Assembly: GCA_951406725.2 (NCBI GenBank)
Contig: OX597815.1
Location: 153,264,001-153,328,000 of the forward strand
Reading direction: 5' to 3'
Length of the DNA stretch: 64,000 bases
Origin: Octopus vulgaris
Taxonomy: Eukaryota
In this document: in pieces, positions 27,276-41,869 of the stretch
How the letters are laid out: each line of letters starts with the position of its first letter
Position numbering within the stretch: position 1 is the first letter of the stretch
Notes under the pieces: generated by a model
The model's input: the letters and a program-made list of their open reading frames with translations, nothing else
Databases searched by the model: none
Told to the model about the DNA's origin: nothing
Position numbers and translations under genes: made by a program

Positions 27276-27979
27276 TACACACACAAAGTTGGCTTATATG
27301 TAAAGTATCATATCAATATTTTAAGAGTGTTTTACTTTTTTTAACTCAGAAGGCAAGGAAGGAAATGCAATTTCTCCGCGATTGATGAAACTAATGAAGT
27401 CAATATTTTTAGCATCTTAAAGACAACGACTGAGGGGGAAAAAAACACCAACGAGAAGAGATTCAGGGGTGTTGACGTAATGAGGAAGAGGAGTAAACAT
27501 AGTTGTTAGTGACAGACTTCGGGAGTGAGACAGAAGGACGACTGTGTCGAGTAGACTTGCATGGTGGAAGAGAACGGGGTCCGTTATCGTAGCAGTAAAA
27601 AAATGATAAACTTGAGAGACAATATTTCTATGGGCTAGTGATTGAGGTCAATCGTGATGTGAACCCATACCAGTTGTTCATCGGTTAAATTTATTCTCAG
27701 TGTTGCTTATGATTTTTTCATGTGTATAGCGACAACACCGCTCCAGATATTGTATTCCAAGTTATTTATTTACAAAAGTTCAAGAGGAATATCACTCTCA
27801 CCGGCATTGGAGAATCTGTGAAGACCATGAGCATTGCGCGCAAAAATACACCCGTACTTTCTTATTATCTTAGTAGCTCAATCCCACATTCACACCAGAA
27901 CTGGATAGTATCATTCGGTATCGCTCAGGCTTTAGTAACATTCACGGCAAAGAACTGTTTTAATATATTAATAATGTAA

Positions 27980-28196
27980 GGCAGCGAGCTGGTAGAATCG
28001 TTAGCACGCCAGGTAAAATGCTTAGCAGCATTTCGTGTGTCTTTACGTTCTGAGTTCAAATTCCGCCGAGGTCGACTTTGTCCCCCCAAACTTTTGAGGA
28101 TCGATAAAATAAGTACTAGTTAAGCACTGGGGTAGATGTAATCGATTTGCCTCTTTTCCCGAAATGACCGGCCTTGTGTCAAAATGTGAAACCAAT
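27980..28196 (+). mobile_element. SINE family A
   Basis: ggcagcgagctggtagaatcgttagcacgcc...gagttcaaattccgccgaggtcgactttg...gataaaataagtac...gcactggggt. Confidence 0.85.
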
Positions 28197-30859
28197 ATAT
28201 TAGTAAGCACTGTGAATGAGCTATCAAATTTATTTGTTATCGATCCCAGTAAAACTTTGCAATAATTGGCTCAATTGATTAATCTTAAGAACGATATACG
28301 ATCTGGCCCTTATTGAATGTATTCGAAAAAAGAAAATACTGAACGCGTCGAGATATTTAAAGCTAATTGATGAGATCTGAACATACATATGTTATACATA
28401 CGTATCAATATGAACAGATTGTAAATATATGTAGAGTTATATGTGGAAATAATTATAATAACTACATGTTGAAATATTTGTATAGATATATCGAAGGCGC
28501 TCTGATGACTACACGTATGAAGGTTTAATAATTAGTTTCATTTTCTCCTTCTGTCAGTTGTCTATTTGGATTAGTTTATGCTTATAGATGATAACTATCA
28601 TTTAGCGCTTGTTACATATTTCTTAGGAATGTCCAATAATCAACCGTATCTCGGGGTAGAGAGATTGTTAGTTTGAACGGCTGTAAATGGATATCTGCGA
28701 GGGAAAAGGTGGGAAGAATAAAGATTTTAGACAAAATAAAGTATTTAGCGTGGATCTGAGTAGTGAAATGCAGTAGTGATGACGTTAAAGGAACTGAAGT
28801 ATTGAGTGACTTGGATCGAGAGGGTAAGCAGGTAGTTTACTCAGCGGGGAAGACGAGAGGAGGAGAGGCGGGTGTATATGGTTGTCTTCGATGGAGTTGG
28901 TATATAGCTGATTAGTGCTGAGTGACAAAAGGTCTTCTAGTAAGGGATTGTGGTTGAATCGTGTTGGTGAGTGGTTACTAATCAGATAATTGGACTTTTT
29001 GGGTGTTTGATGTCTGTGCCAAACATGCGACCAGTACTATATTGTGGGGACCGTTTCAGCAATGCCGAGGCTCAGTAACTAATCGGGGCTGAAGTATTTT
29101 CTTCTGCATTTAATGTAGCTTGCAGCTTTGGCGATGTCAATTATGTGAGATCACTATGATAGATTCTCAAAATTGTATAGTGTTTTATTCTTAAGTAATT
29201 TAAGGCTGTTTTCTTGATATTTATCGTAAATGTCATTGAATTGATGAAATATAGACTGGATCGTATGACTACTCAATCGAATATAACTTTTCGTTTTTAA
29301 GGATGATATAGTGCGATTTGAGAGAAATTGGCTGTTTTTTCTAGCAGATCAAGTAACCATGGAGAGGCTGCATAATTATATATATACTTGTACGGGCGGA
29401 GAACTGGCAGGATTGTTAGAGCGTCAGACAAAATTCTGTGCGGTGATTCCTTCGGGCTCTTTACGCCCTGGATTTAAATCCCATTGTTGTCATTTTTGCC
29501 TTTCGGGATCGATAAAATGAAATATTAGTGAAGCATTAGAAGTGAGATTGATAGTATCGACTAAACCCACCCCCGAAAAACATTACTGGCTTTGTGCCTA
29601 AATTAAAGAGACTCATAATCTTGTTTATTTTATAGAATTCACTTATAAACTGGCCTGCATGTAGCTTTTCTCGAGAAAAATAGAATGGAACGGTGTCTTA
29701 TTGCCCGCTTTTAACCGATGGGATGATGAACACAATTGCTAAACTCAGAAACTAATTATCAATTAAACAATACTCTCACTGCTTATGACCAACGAATTGT
29801 TCTTACACAATTGTGTGTGTGGATATATCACGGTGCAAAACGGGGCATCCTCGAGGAAAACTGATTTTATTTTCAAAATCTGCGTCCCAACAGGAAGGTT
29901 TTTTTGATAATTAGTAATAAAAAACTGTAATTTGCAGAGTGAAATAACTCAACTTTTAGATCACTAAAATCTATCGCTTTCTATCTGTTTCTATCAAGCT
30001 CTCTCTTTTATGCCTTTTCCCCCTCTATATACATTTACTCACTCTTCATCACTCTCTCTTTTTCTGTATATGTATCTCTCTCACGTATGCTGCTCTTCAC
30101 TCCCACTCTTGATGTGACATGTAATGCAATATCAGCAGCCTCTGATTATCTTTATGTAAATTATTTATGTCCGACCTTTTTACATAAATTTATTCATTAA
30201 ATCTTATTAAAACTTCTGATAAGTTTTGTTGTTGCAATGGTTTGCTTCCATTTTGTTTAAAACTTCATCGATGCAATTATTTTCATTTTGTGATAGACAG
30301 CTATCAGAAAATGCTAACTTCCAAATCCTGATTTCTGGTTGGGTAAAAATTATCAACCATTATCTGTAACATTTTAAAAACATTCATCTGGAATAAACGA
30401 ATTCCAAAATCGGATTCAGCGTGAAAAAGTACATTAATATACCAAATTTGAAAATATTCATTTAATTTAAAATTTTTAAGTCTGTGACAGCAACAGGAAA
30501 GATTTCTCTCTACATATATTTACGACACTCAGTTTCACATGATTCGTTGTTACGTGGGTGCGTTGTTCAGAAGTTCGGAGGTAGAGTGGAAAGTTTGAAA
30601 GAAATTCAAAATAGTTTCCTGCTGCTTAGGCCTCTATCGGTCAGCTCAGATCTACTGTTATTAATGCTGCTTTGGTCGCAGTCTCTGGCGAAATATATCA
30701 GCAGCATTAGTTCCTTGTATTGGTACCGCACTTGGTGGGGTACGCGATCCAATCTTCTACAAATTACTATAAAGTGTCATGAGTGCTGCATTTCGATCCT
30801 TGCTGAGCTTAAATACCTTACAGCCCGTAAAGTGTTTGAAGAATGATTTATTTTTGGAG

Positions 30860-31400
30860 ACTAACTTTCTCCTAAATACAGTGGAGTCAACGGAAAACCA
30901 CCGTATTTTATCACGTGTTTCATAGTAAATGGAACTCAAGATGCTTTGATCAACGGAATTCATCGAAGCCTACCAGAAAGCTTTAGTGGCATACCACAAG
31001 GCACTGTGTTAGGCCCACTTCTGTGCATAATTTACATAAATAACCTCAAAATGTCATCAAGCAGAAAAATAAAAATATTTGTCAGATGACTTTAAATACT
31101 AAATAATTCAATGGACAAAACAGTATGCTGTCAATTGAGGTAAAATTTCAGCTCAACTACTTTGGAAAAGTGAATTTGCTTAAACATCATTAATCACTTC
31201 ACCTAAGAGAACCTCTCATGACATCTAACAATATCAGAGACCTAAGAATATTTGCCCAAATAAAACGTAAACGGAAGCGCCTACTCTAACAATAAAGTAA
31301 ATATAGCTCACTCGATAACTTAGATTCACGAAATTCCCTGCTCTGTTGTTCCAGATGTCACCATCTACTATTCTCTACCTGGAATAGTCGGTCAGACTAT
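30860..31400 (+). mobile_element. Highly decayed CR1/L2-group RT fragment
   Basis: SGIPQGTVLGPLLCIIYINNL at ~30985-31047 (RT motif B), followed by a broken FADD-like region. Confidence 0.6.
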
Positions 31401-31439
31401 TCCACATATAATATGGCAAATCACTGTTGCCGCCGCACC

Positions 31440-31625
31440 CTTGTTCGAAGTTTGTAATGGACGCAGGTTCGTGTGTCAAATAGCTAGCTAGAGGCGATGG
31501 ACTTTTGGAGCTAATCAGCGACAGCTTTAGTCTTATTTATAGACTGCCTTATTAGTATGGCGATAACTATTAATACCCAGTAACGCTGCCGTAATCTCCT
31601 TTAGAGAAACTTAGTAATTTTAATA
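31440..31625. repeat. ~190-bp dispersed repeat, inverted copy at 41395-41585
   Basis: gagctaatcagcgacagctttagtcttatttatagactgcc...tagtatggcgataactattaatacccagtaacgctgccgtaatctcctttagaga matches the reverse complement at 41.4-41.5 kb. Confidence 0.8.
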
Positions 31626-31673
31626 TTTCTAATATATATATATATATATATTCATAGCATTTTTTGATGGCCC

Positions 31674-31734
31674 GATAACTGAAGAGATGCCGGCGTGGGT
31701 TTCCGCCCCGACATCCGAAACTCGTAATTTTATC
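31674..31734 (+). ncRNA. Degenerate type I hammerhead motif (canonical CUGAAGA)
   Basis: gataa CTGAAGA gatgccggcgtgggtttccgccccgacatcc GAAA ctcgtaat t ttatc; stem I gataa/ttatc, long GC-rich stem II, damaged stem III. Confidence 0.55.
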
Positions 31735-31889
31735 ATAGCTACCGAATAATTGTCACATTGAATGATCGAAAAACGAATTTGAATGACTAACTTCATGGCG
31801 CAATTTTTTTTTTTGGGGGGGGGACTTTGAATGAGAAACGTACAAAAATGACTGCTTGACTGCAAAAATCTATATTCTTTTCTACTCTA

Positions 31890-32308
31890 GATACAAGTCC
31901 CGAAATTTTTTTTTTTTTGCGGGGGCAGTCATTTGGATAGAGCTCAGTACGTAACTGGTACTTAATTTATCGACCCCTCTAAAGGATGAAAGGCAAAGTC
32001 GAGCTCGGCAGAATTTGAACTCAGAACGTAAAGACAGACGAAAAACCTATTTCTTTACTATCCACAAGGAGCTAAACACAGAGAGGACAAACAAGGACAG
32101 ACAAACGGATTAAGTCAAAATTTGGGGGGTTGGAGAGGGGCCAGTCATTTGGATAGAGCCCAGTGCGTAATTGGTACTTATTTAACCGACCCCGAAAGGA
32201 TGAAAGGCAAAGTCGACCTCGGCGGAATTTGAACTCAGAACGTAACGGCAAACGAAATACGGCTACGCATTTCGCCCGGCGTGCTAACGTTTCTGCCAGC
32301 TCGCCGCC
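31890..32308 (-). mobile_element. Tandem/nested SINE family A copies
   Basis: aaaggatgaaaggcaaagtcga.ctcggc.gaatttgaactcagaacgtaa occurs twice; 5' end ...ttctgccagctcgccgcc. Confidence 0.85.
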
Positions 32309-33122
32309 TTGCAAAAACCTATATTAAAATACTAAAAGTAGTAGTTTATAGACTGGAACAAGAATTGTGAGAAAGACCCGAATCTATATGCATGTGCGTA
32401 CACATACACATGTACACACACACACACACACACAAATGCACACACATACATACATGCACGCATAGGCACACACACACACACACATATATATATGTATTTC
32501 GTCATGTACCGCCAGGAATCTCGATCTTTTATTAGCTATGGTACGCTCTCAGTTTTATGCAATGTTTTTCCTATAATGCCAATGTAGCTGGGTGAATTTC
32601 GTTATGTATTAGAGTGCGGGAGTCATCAAAATCTAACACCGTATACGGTCTGTTAGTCTACATGATGACCAACACAACCTACCATGCCTATATGTACGTA
32701 TATCTGTATGTATGTATGTATGTATGTATGTATGTATGTATGTATGTATGTATGTATGTATGTGAGTGTATAAATGCATATATATGTTTGTGTGTGTATG
32801 TATGTATGTATATAAATATATGTATATGAAAGTTTGAATCAACGTATTTAATTCACTTGCTTTTTTTTCTAGCCTACTTTTTATATCCTTTCTTCTCATC
32901 CCTTTCTTCCTAGTATTTCTTTTAAAAGCCGACAAAGAACAATGTCCGAAGCGTCATACTTTTTATTTTATAACTTTATTCCTTCCTTGACAGAGAACTT
33001 AATTTTATTAAATTTAGATACCCGTTCTACTTTCGTTGATTTCTATTTTTTCTTCGTATTTGATATGTATGCATGTATATATGTACGTATACATATATGC
33101 ATATATATACATACATACATAT

Positions 33123-33189
<67 letters not shown>

Positions 33190-33461
33190 CATATACATAC
33201 ACATACACATATACATATACATATATATATATACATATATACATTTATATGTGTATATATGTTTGTATGTATGTATAATAGGGACTTAATGGTTTAGATT
33301 GTGGTTTCGATCCCTAACCAGCGGATGCGTTGTGTTCTTGAACAAAATGCTTCATTTCACTTTGCTTCAATCCAATCCGAAATAAATAATCCTGCGATGG
33401 ATCGTCGTCTCTCCCAGGGTTGGGGAGTGAGATATATACTCCACAGAATCCGGGAAAACGA

Positions 33462-33527
<66 letters not shown>

Positions 33528-33557
33528 CATACATACATACATACATACATACATACA

Positions 33558-33589
<32 letters not shown>

Positions 33590-33819
33590 CCTGTAAATTT
33601 GCACGTGAACATTCGAGTTCGGAATAAGTTTATTCAATTTAGCTCTAATTTTACATGTGTCGTTTTACTCAAATTCTAAGAAATGAATGTTAAAAATGAC
33701 AAATTTAAGGACATGTTCTGTCATGCAAATTTTATTATGTTCTTATAGCTACAAGGAAGAAATAAATTACGTGATTCTTCTGTCCACGGAAGTTTTTTCA
33801 TCGCAACATTCCACTGGTC

Positions 33820-35660
33820 CATTTAGACCAAGCTAACGCGTTCGACAGGGTTTACCATCATTACCTGGTGTCTATTGTTGCGCGGTTCGGACTGGTTCTT
33901 GACTTTCTAAGGTGAATCATTCAAGTGTGTGATAACATCGACTCGATCGTTCGGATGGATGATTTTCTTTCAAAGCCGTTCTGCATCAAACGCCAAGGAT
34001 GTTCGCTCTCGCTATATTTGTATGTGTTGGCTCTTGAGTCGTTTCTGCGAAATTTGAGTGGCATCCCGAGGGAGCCAGTTCGCAGATGATCGGTTTCGGC
34101 GTACGCGGGTGACATCACCATCTTCGTGACTCAGATGGAACACTTACAGAGGGTAGGTAAGACCACTAAGGTTTACGAGACGGTGGCAGGAACAAAAATT
34201 GATCGGGAAAAATCGGTCAGCCTGCCGCTCAGGACCTGGAGAGGCAAGTCGATGCCTTCGGACAGCGTCGTGGGACATTGGACGGAGGGGCCGGTTAAGT
34301 TGTTAGGGGCTTGGTTTGGTCCAGATCTCCAAGTAGAAAAGAACTGGGCTGAGGTATCGAGCAAAGTGACCCACATAGTCAAGACCTGGTCTTGGAGGTG
34401 GCTATCATTGAAAGGGAGGGCGGAGGTAGCTGATGTGTTTATCGCATCGGTCATCATCTACCACCCAAACGTCGTTCCTTGCCTGGATTCGTGGTTGAGC
34501 AAGTTGGAAAGAAAGATCTTCCGCTTCTTGTGGAAGAGCTCGACTCCACTTGTGAGACGTTCTATCTGCTGTCAAAAACCGTTAAAGAGTGGATTAGGGA
34601 TGCCTTGGCTGTTGATGCGCAAACATGCGCTGAGGTTGAGCCATCTTTGTCTCTGCCTGGATGGAAAGCGTGTGTGGTCTCCGTTGGCGAAACAGATGTT
34701 TTCCTGATTCACTAGTTTTGGTGGACGGGAAAACTGGTTTCATCGAATATCAAAGTTGGGTACTTGGCACACGGAGTGCCGTAAGGCTCTCCTGCTTTTC
34801 CGTAGTCCGGATAAATATATGCGGTTTTGGTACAACCGCATCTTTTTATATTAAGTTGGTAGAGTCTGGGTGTGACGATACCCTAGGGGAGACCCTGGGT
34901 CTCGTTGATAATTAAATGGACTGTCTGTTCCAACGGACATTCGGGCCGAAGACACTGGATAACTTCCAAAAGTCTCTAGCTTGGCAATGTTACCGAGGAG
35001 GCTTACCCGTTCGAGATAAGCTTACTAGACACGGTCATCCCGGCCCATCAGCCTGTCCAAGATGCGAGTAGGAAGGGGAAAACTCCTGCACGCTATTGTT
35101 CAGTGTCTGGGGGTGTCAGAAGTGTGGGTTTATGCAGAACACCTGTTTCCGATACAAGAAGAGTACAGTAGTTCTAAAAATTGACCCACCTATTTTTCTA
35201 AAATTTGTTTTCTCGTGGGAGTAGCTAACGCGAGAGAGGTGATATGGAATTCGCGAATGAAGGGATTAGTGATAGGTTATTTCATCTCTGATCCCGGGTT
35301 GGTGAGATATTTCGATTTTCACATGAAACGGAAAGTGAAGCTAGAGAGGATATGCCTGTCGAAGAAAATGTTCAAGGACAGATGGATGCGTGTGACATGA
35401 GTGTTAAGTGTGGAAGAAACCACGTGAATATGCCATGGGCCTTATTACGAGTATCGGTGGTGGTACGGGGCTCGTGGGGTTAGAACAAAAACCCTTTCAC
35501 CACCTCATTTGTTTTGTCTTTTTGTTTGTCCATCATTCGATTTTATAATTTTGTAAATTTTTAAAAGCATCTCAGTGTTTATCATTAGTCCCGCCTGACC
35601 ACAAACATCAGGTTGTGTTGCCCCCTCTGTGTTGGCCCCTTATGGGCAATAAAAAATCAA
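33820..35660 (+). mobile_element. 5'-truncated Tx1/L1-group LINE (RT domain to C-terminal zinc finger), pseudogenised
   Basis: LDQANAFDRV, RQGCSLSLYLYVLALE, SAYAGDIT, GTKIDREKS, LSLKGRAEV, FRFLWK, SGLGMP, LPVRDKL and CPRC...LHAIVQC, with stops and frameshifts; AATAAA at ~35648. Confidence 0.85.
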
Positions 35661-35729
35661 TGTCTTTTTCATTGCAATATTCGTATCAGTTGCATTTTAT
35701 ATCCCTTTCTCTTGCACCAACTTGTAATC

Positions 35730-36165
35730 ATGGAGCCACGCGTAATGTACATGCGTATATCGGACGAAGATAGGACAAGTCTGATTGACGCCTTCGAGGA
35801 GCATCAAACCGATTACCTGCAACAGCAAACACACTTGGCATTAAAAGGAGTACTGCCCGATCCATAGTAGCGACCTACCTTCGGTCTGGGAAGCGCCACA
35901 AGTTTCCCAGAAGAGGTGCCCACCACATTAAGGTCGATGAGGAAATGCGAACCAGGCTTCAGGTGATTATTGATGCCAACCCTCTCACAATCCTTCAACA
36001 GATGAAGAGGAACTTAGATGCAGCATTGCCCGGAAAGCCGCCTGTTTCCGTGTTTGGAATCTCACAGGATCAAGATGAAACCGTCTACTTGATCTACGAC
36101 AACACGCGAGCACCCGTTCATGCCGAGCTCCCAGATGACGCCGACCCACGAATCAATTGTTAGTC
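35730..36165 (+). mobile_element. Tc1/IS630-like transposase relic with internal deletion
   Basis: ISDEDRTSLIDAFE, LGIKRSTARSIV (HTH), RGGA-like linker, KVDEEMRTRLQVIIDANPLTILQQMK, then a jump to YLIYDN. Confidence 0.6.
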
Positions 36166-36778
36166 ACCAAGGTATCCACTTTACACACACACTTTCCGAA
36201 GCTTAAAATTTTCCATTATCTTCTGTAATACGATGTGACACAGTTCAGTTGTGTAGTCAGCTCACAGATTGTGATTTATCTGACGGCGTGAATCAATTAA
36301 TCCTCTCACTGATAATTCCTGATAGTGGTCGCAATTTATGGGTACCCAGAGTTTGGTTTGTCTTAAATGCGACTTTGCTCTTCTTTAAACCTTTTCATCT
36401 ATATGTGCACGTTGCATATATAGAGGAAAGAAGTCATTTCCGTAAACAATCTCTAGCCTTTTATGGCTATCAGAGTGTATGCTCCTCTCCTTCGTCAGGA
36501 ACCTAATGACGTCCAGGTACCTTTATTTGTCTACAGTAAAGAGCATAGAGCAGCGTTACTCGATGAATATGCAAAATTTGAACGACTTATGCCAGTTAAT
36601 GAAAACGTTTCCCATATTTGCATGACATCTGCAACAAACATCGTATATACGTATGCATTTAAGCATGTATGTATATGTAGACGTGTGTGTGCGCGTGCTT
36701 GTGAGTGCATATACGTGTATACATATATATATATATATGCACACATACATACACACACGTATATATATGTATGTATAT

Positions 36779-36830
<52 letters not shown>

Positions 36831-37350
36831 TTGCCTTCTTCACATTGGTCAGATGATCCCACTCTCGTCTTAACAGAGAAGACACAAGAATGTTCTTATG
36901 GCGCATTACTACAATCACCCTCTCTCTCTCTCTCTCTCTCTCTCCCTCTCTCACTTTCTGTATATACATACACATATACATACTTACACACACATACATA
37001 TGCATGTATGTACACATGTGTTTGTATGCTAAATTATTGTTATTATTGTTTAAGCAAGCTTAATAAGAGAGGTGTTACGTGTAGGGAGAGTCAGTATGGA
37101 GAATAGAGTCAAATTTATTATGAAGTTCGTTTTGACTGGAATTTAGAATTTCTTCGACGATGTATTCAACCAAACTGTGGAGAAACATACTAAGAAAGGA
37201 TGTACACATTGATATTTTAATTCCTTGTGTTTTTCTTACCCTTAATAATTTACTATCACTTGTCAAGTCTTTTCACGCATGAGCAAGTGTTTGGTTTGCT
37301 GGTGTCTGTAGACAGACGCAGTTACTCCCTTCTAGTTCCAAAGTGGTGTC

Positions 37351-37395
37351 TATGACCGAGGAGGCGAAATCACGCCGAAACACCGGTGTCTGATA
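37351..37395 (+). ncRNA. Minimal type I hammerhead motif, U4C core variant, palindromic stem III
   Basis: tat(g)a CCGAGGA ggcg-aaatca-cgcc GAAA caccggtg TC tgata; GUC triplet; one mismatch in stem I. Confidence 0.7.
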
Positions 37396-38780
37396 CTCTA
37401 CTGAAGTCACTTGGAGCGAGTGTGTTGTTTACACATACTGCATCTAGGGAGAAGTCGTTCTCCGAGACGAAATTCAGCAGCAAAAGTTCATTGGAATGTA
37501 TTAAGGAATGTATTAAGAATGGATATACATATAGCGCTTTTGATTCTTGTAACTTCTCAAGCCCTGTTAACGTAATAATATAATAAGGTTATTTTACAAC
37601 AAACACCACTACAGGTTTTCAGTCAATATAAGAAACACTAAGTGGTTACTTGGTCTGTCAGAAATAACAGCCAAATTTTCATTTGATTAGAGGTCTACTT
37701 AATCAGAGCTGACCTGGGTCAAATCAACAATAAGGTACATCTTATTTATAGTGAAAATCTTAATCTTTGGTCTTCCAATTGAATATAAGAATTTGAATTC
37801 TTGTTTTTGATATTTTCTGCCGTAATAGATCGAATGATAGGTATTCCTACCAAATTTAACTCTAATTGAAACGATAATTTGGAGTTGTCCGTTATAAATT
37901 TCAAATATTCTATGGGAAAATTGAAATCAATAATTCGTTAATGCTATCATTCTCTTGATTTCTACTGCACCTAAAACCAAGATACAATTAACATTTACGA
38001 ACTAAGGTATCGAAAGCTATTTGTCTAGACCGAGACACAATGAAGGTGAGGATGCGGGCAACGAACAATCGTAGTGGTTGTCAGTGGGATGATTTTGTTG
38101 TTTCTAATATATGTCTTTATTTGATTTGAAAGAAAATACGAAGCTTTGTATATTGTACAATATTGTATATTCGAAATCAATAGAAATAGATTATTTTCAT
38201 ATGATTAGACGCAAATAATTAAACATCAAATGTTTCCAGGAAATGTCTTTGGAAATAAAAGAACAAACAACAAAAATATACTTGCTGTATTACCATCACA
38301 TAGATTTGATGAAAGACTATCCTTCTCTTTGTTTGTCTTATTTGTTAGTTAGCTAAACGAAGAGTTGCTGACATTGAAATTCGATTTTCCGAGGAACATA
38401 ATCTAAATGAGCGGAATAAGCTACTTTTTGCCCTCACAATGAAGCTTCTTAAACAAACATGTAGCTTTTTGTTTATTTAAAATTAACAGTGCTAACAATA
38501 CGCATAGAAACATGCGAATCCTATAGCTGTTTTATTTATTCAACTATCTATTAAGATGGCGGCAAAAATCACATTACTGATAAATTGAAACGAAAAGATT
38601 ATTTCAAGTAAGTGACTAATGTAGCAGGTTTGTATTCATGTATTGGTATCCGTATCATAGATTTTTCTTTAATAGAAGTAAAGTACAAATGAACTGTCAA
38701 ACGCCATTGCATCTCTTGGGTAACCAAATGCATCATCACCATAAGATATTGAATTTCCTCTGGTACGCATGAGACAATAT

Positions 38781-38831
<51 letters not shown>

Positions 38832-38960
38832 TGTAAGTATACAAATATATTTGGTTACATACACACTCTTTTATACATAGTAACGTGAAATTTCAACGGA
38901 AGAACTTTATCACTTGGTTACAAATACTTTCATGGCATATTAGAGAGGTTGTGACTTACA

Positions 38961-39092
<132 letters not shown>

Positions 39093-41104
39093 CATACACA
39101 CATAACCATGACATTCAGTAAACAACTTATAGGTCAGACAATATATCATATTCTCTACGCAGAATTTTTATTTAACCTTCTAGTCACTGAACTGACTATG
39201 ACAACTCAGTTCAACGAGCGTCGTTAAGGTATAAATATATTATTAAGTTCCAAAGTGATGTGCTTATCACCCCTATCCCTAAAAATAAACTGTTCTAGTA
39301 TCGATCTTTGATCTTTTTATATGACGTTATAGTTTTATTTGGGCTAATGCCAATACACGTGAATCTCAACAGGTACCGCAGTCATAGCCAGTCTCCATCT
39401 TGAAATATTGTACACGTTCATGGAGTTTTCAGTTTTTGTCTTTTTCGGAAAAAGAAGTGAACAAGAGGCGTCTACCTGTTTAAAATAGGAAGATAGAAGC
39501 ATATGAATAAACAGTTAATTAATATCTTGAACTATTTACATTTTTATAGTTTTAAAACATTTTGAAAAATTATCAATATTTTCATATTTTTAACGTCAAA
39601 TTTGACAGTAAAGTTCATTCTCAGTTCAAATCGAATTTGAAATCTGTTTACCCTGTTCTTGTAGTATATATCGATAAAAAATTGTTCCAAATTTTTCAAT
39701 ATTTTGATTTTAAATCCAAAAATGTAAAGGATGGAAAAACTTTTAAGGATCGATAAAACTGTATGATTGATGTTGAGTTTCCAGGTTAACTATAAATAAG
39801 CAACAGTTTAAAATTTCAGAGAGATTCGGAGTTCTGGAACAAAAGATTAAGGGAAATATATAATGTGTTTAGTGGATACACTTCCACATGTGAGCAGAAT
39901 TTATAAATAGTTGGTTGCTAAAAGAGAGCTTAGTCTTGTCTTGTTTGATAAATAATAGTGGTACGTATATGAGTCTTTGGGAAATGCTTTGGTCTGACAG
40001 AAGAAATCTATTGGTTCTAGCTTGTGCAATAAGTATGTTTTCAATGTGATAAATAATTCTGTTGAGGAAAAGATTATCGTGTTAAATAGTCTGTAACACG
40101 CATGTGTATATCTATATGCATGTGCTTGTGTGTATTTATGTCTGTGAGCATATTCCTTGAGTGAAGATTAATCTAAGACCCATCTCAAATTTAGTCAAGA
40201 GGAAAAGCAAAGTCTGTTGATTGTTACATAGCCTTCGATGCTAGCGAGAGAGAGGAAATTAAGCTCAAATCGGAACACTGCTCCGGATATTTGCAATACT
40301 GAATTCCGCTAAAGGCACCTAAGGTGCCAGGTGATTTTAAACTGAGCTGTGAGTTAAGTCAACCACCCAAGTAGGTCATGGTTGGATTTCAATTCAGGAT
40401 GCTAAAAGCCAGAACAAATACCCCAAGACATCCTCTCGAACCTTTTAACATTTCCATCAATCCATCACCTTGGATTGATACCTTTTTGTAGCCTTCCCCA
40501 CAACCCGCCAAAAAGATGACTTTTGTGGCATTTCAACTCGGAGCGCAAAGAGTTTGAGCAAACAGGGAATATGTGTTGAATCAAAGTACAGAAGTCGATG
40601 ATATCGACTTCTCATCTGCCCCTCAAAGTTGATGGCTTTGTGGTTGAGTCAGAAACAATACTTCCTGTTCAATAAAACCAGTAACAGTCAAGCACCAATG
40701 ATGATACAACTGACTATGTTGTCATTAAATGCTTGGTTTTGTGTCTATCTTAGATTTTATCATTATTATCAGTGAGAGCGTCAGATCTGGAGAATTGTCA
40801 GAGCGTTGGATTTTGTGGCATATGTCTACGATCTGAGCTCAAGTCCGTCAAAACTCACTTCATTAGAAGTCTATAAAATAAAATACCAGTCACATAATGG
40901 AGTCGATATCATCAACTGTTACTCTACTCCAAATTCCACGCCTTCATACTTTTGTAAGAAACTGTTACTTTAAGGGCGATTCCCCCTTGATAGGTTTTGA
41001 TTTATTTCGTTACAGTTCTTTTCGATCTGAATTAGGGCCATTAGTATCACTTAATTCCATCCCACAAATTTCAAGGCTTGTGCCAATGTTAGACACAATC
41101 AGAA

Positions 41105-41300
41105 TTACGCCCGGTAAAATGCTTAGCGGCATTTCATTCGTCTTTACGTTCTGAGTTCAAATTTTGTCGAAGTCGACTTTACTTGTCCTCCTTTCGGAGT
41201 CGATAAATTAAGTACCAGTGAAACACTGGGGTCGATGCAATCGACTAGTCCCATCCCCCAAAATTTCTTGCCTTGTGCCTTTAGTAAAATAGATTATTAT
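41105..41300 (+). mobile_element. SINE family A (5'-truncated); further copies at 41700-41830 and 42505-42690
   Basis: aaatgcttagcggcatttc...ctgagttcaaat...cctttcggagtcgataaattaagtaccagtgaaacactggggtcgat. Confidence 0.8.
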
Positions 41301-41340
41301 TATGCTCTTGTGGCTACTAAAGAAATCATCATGATCTTGA

Positions 41341-41393
<53 letters not shown>

Positions 41394-41869
41394 AGAAATA
41401 TTAAAATTACTAAGTCTCTCTAAAGGAGATTACGGCAGCGTTACTGGGTATTAATAGTTATCGCCATACTAATATGGCAGTCTATAAATAAGACTAAAGC
41501 TGTCGCTGATTAGCTCCAAGAGGCCATCACCTCTAGCTAGCTATTTGACACACGACTTGCGTCCATTACAACCTTCGAACAGGGGAGGTCAGCCGCTTCA
41601 CCTTGCTAGTCAGACATCTGCAGACATGTTTCAGGGTTGTTACTCGACTTATACACTCCCCCGCACTTGCTGACCTTGTGCCAAAATTTGAAATCAAGGG
41701 TAGCGAGCTGACAGAATTGTTAACACGCCAGAGGAAATACTTAGCAGCATTTCGTCTGTCGACTTTGCCTTTCATCCTTTCGTGTCGATAAAATAAGTAC
41801 CAGTGAAACACTGGGGTCGATGTAATCGACTAATATATAGTGTGTAATGGTGAGGATTTAGGTAAAGTT

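Noticed and set aside
34126-34707. 193-aa ORF as a host gene
   Set aside because: Internal piece of the broken Tx1/L1-like LINE.
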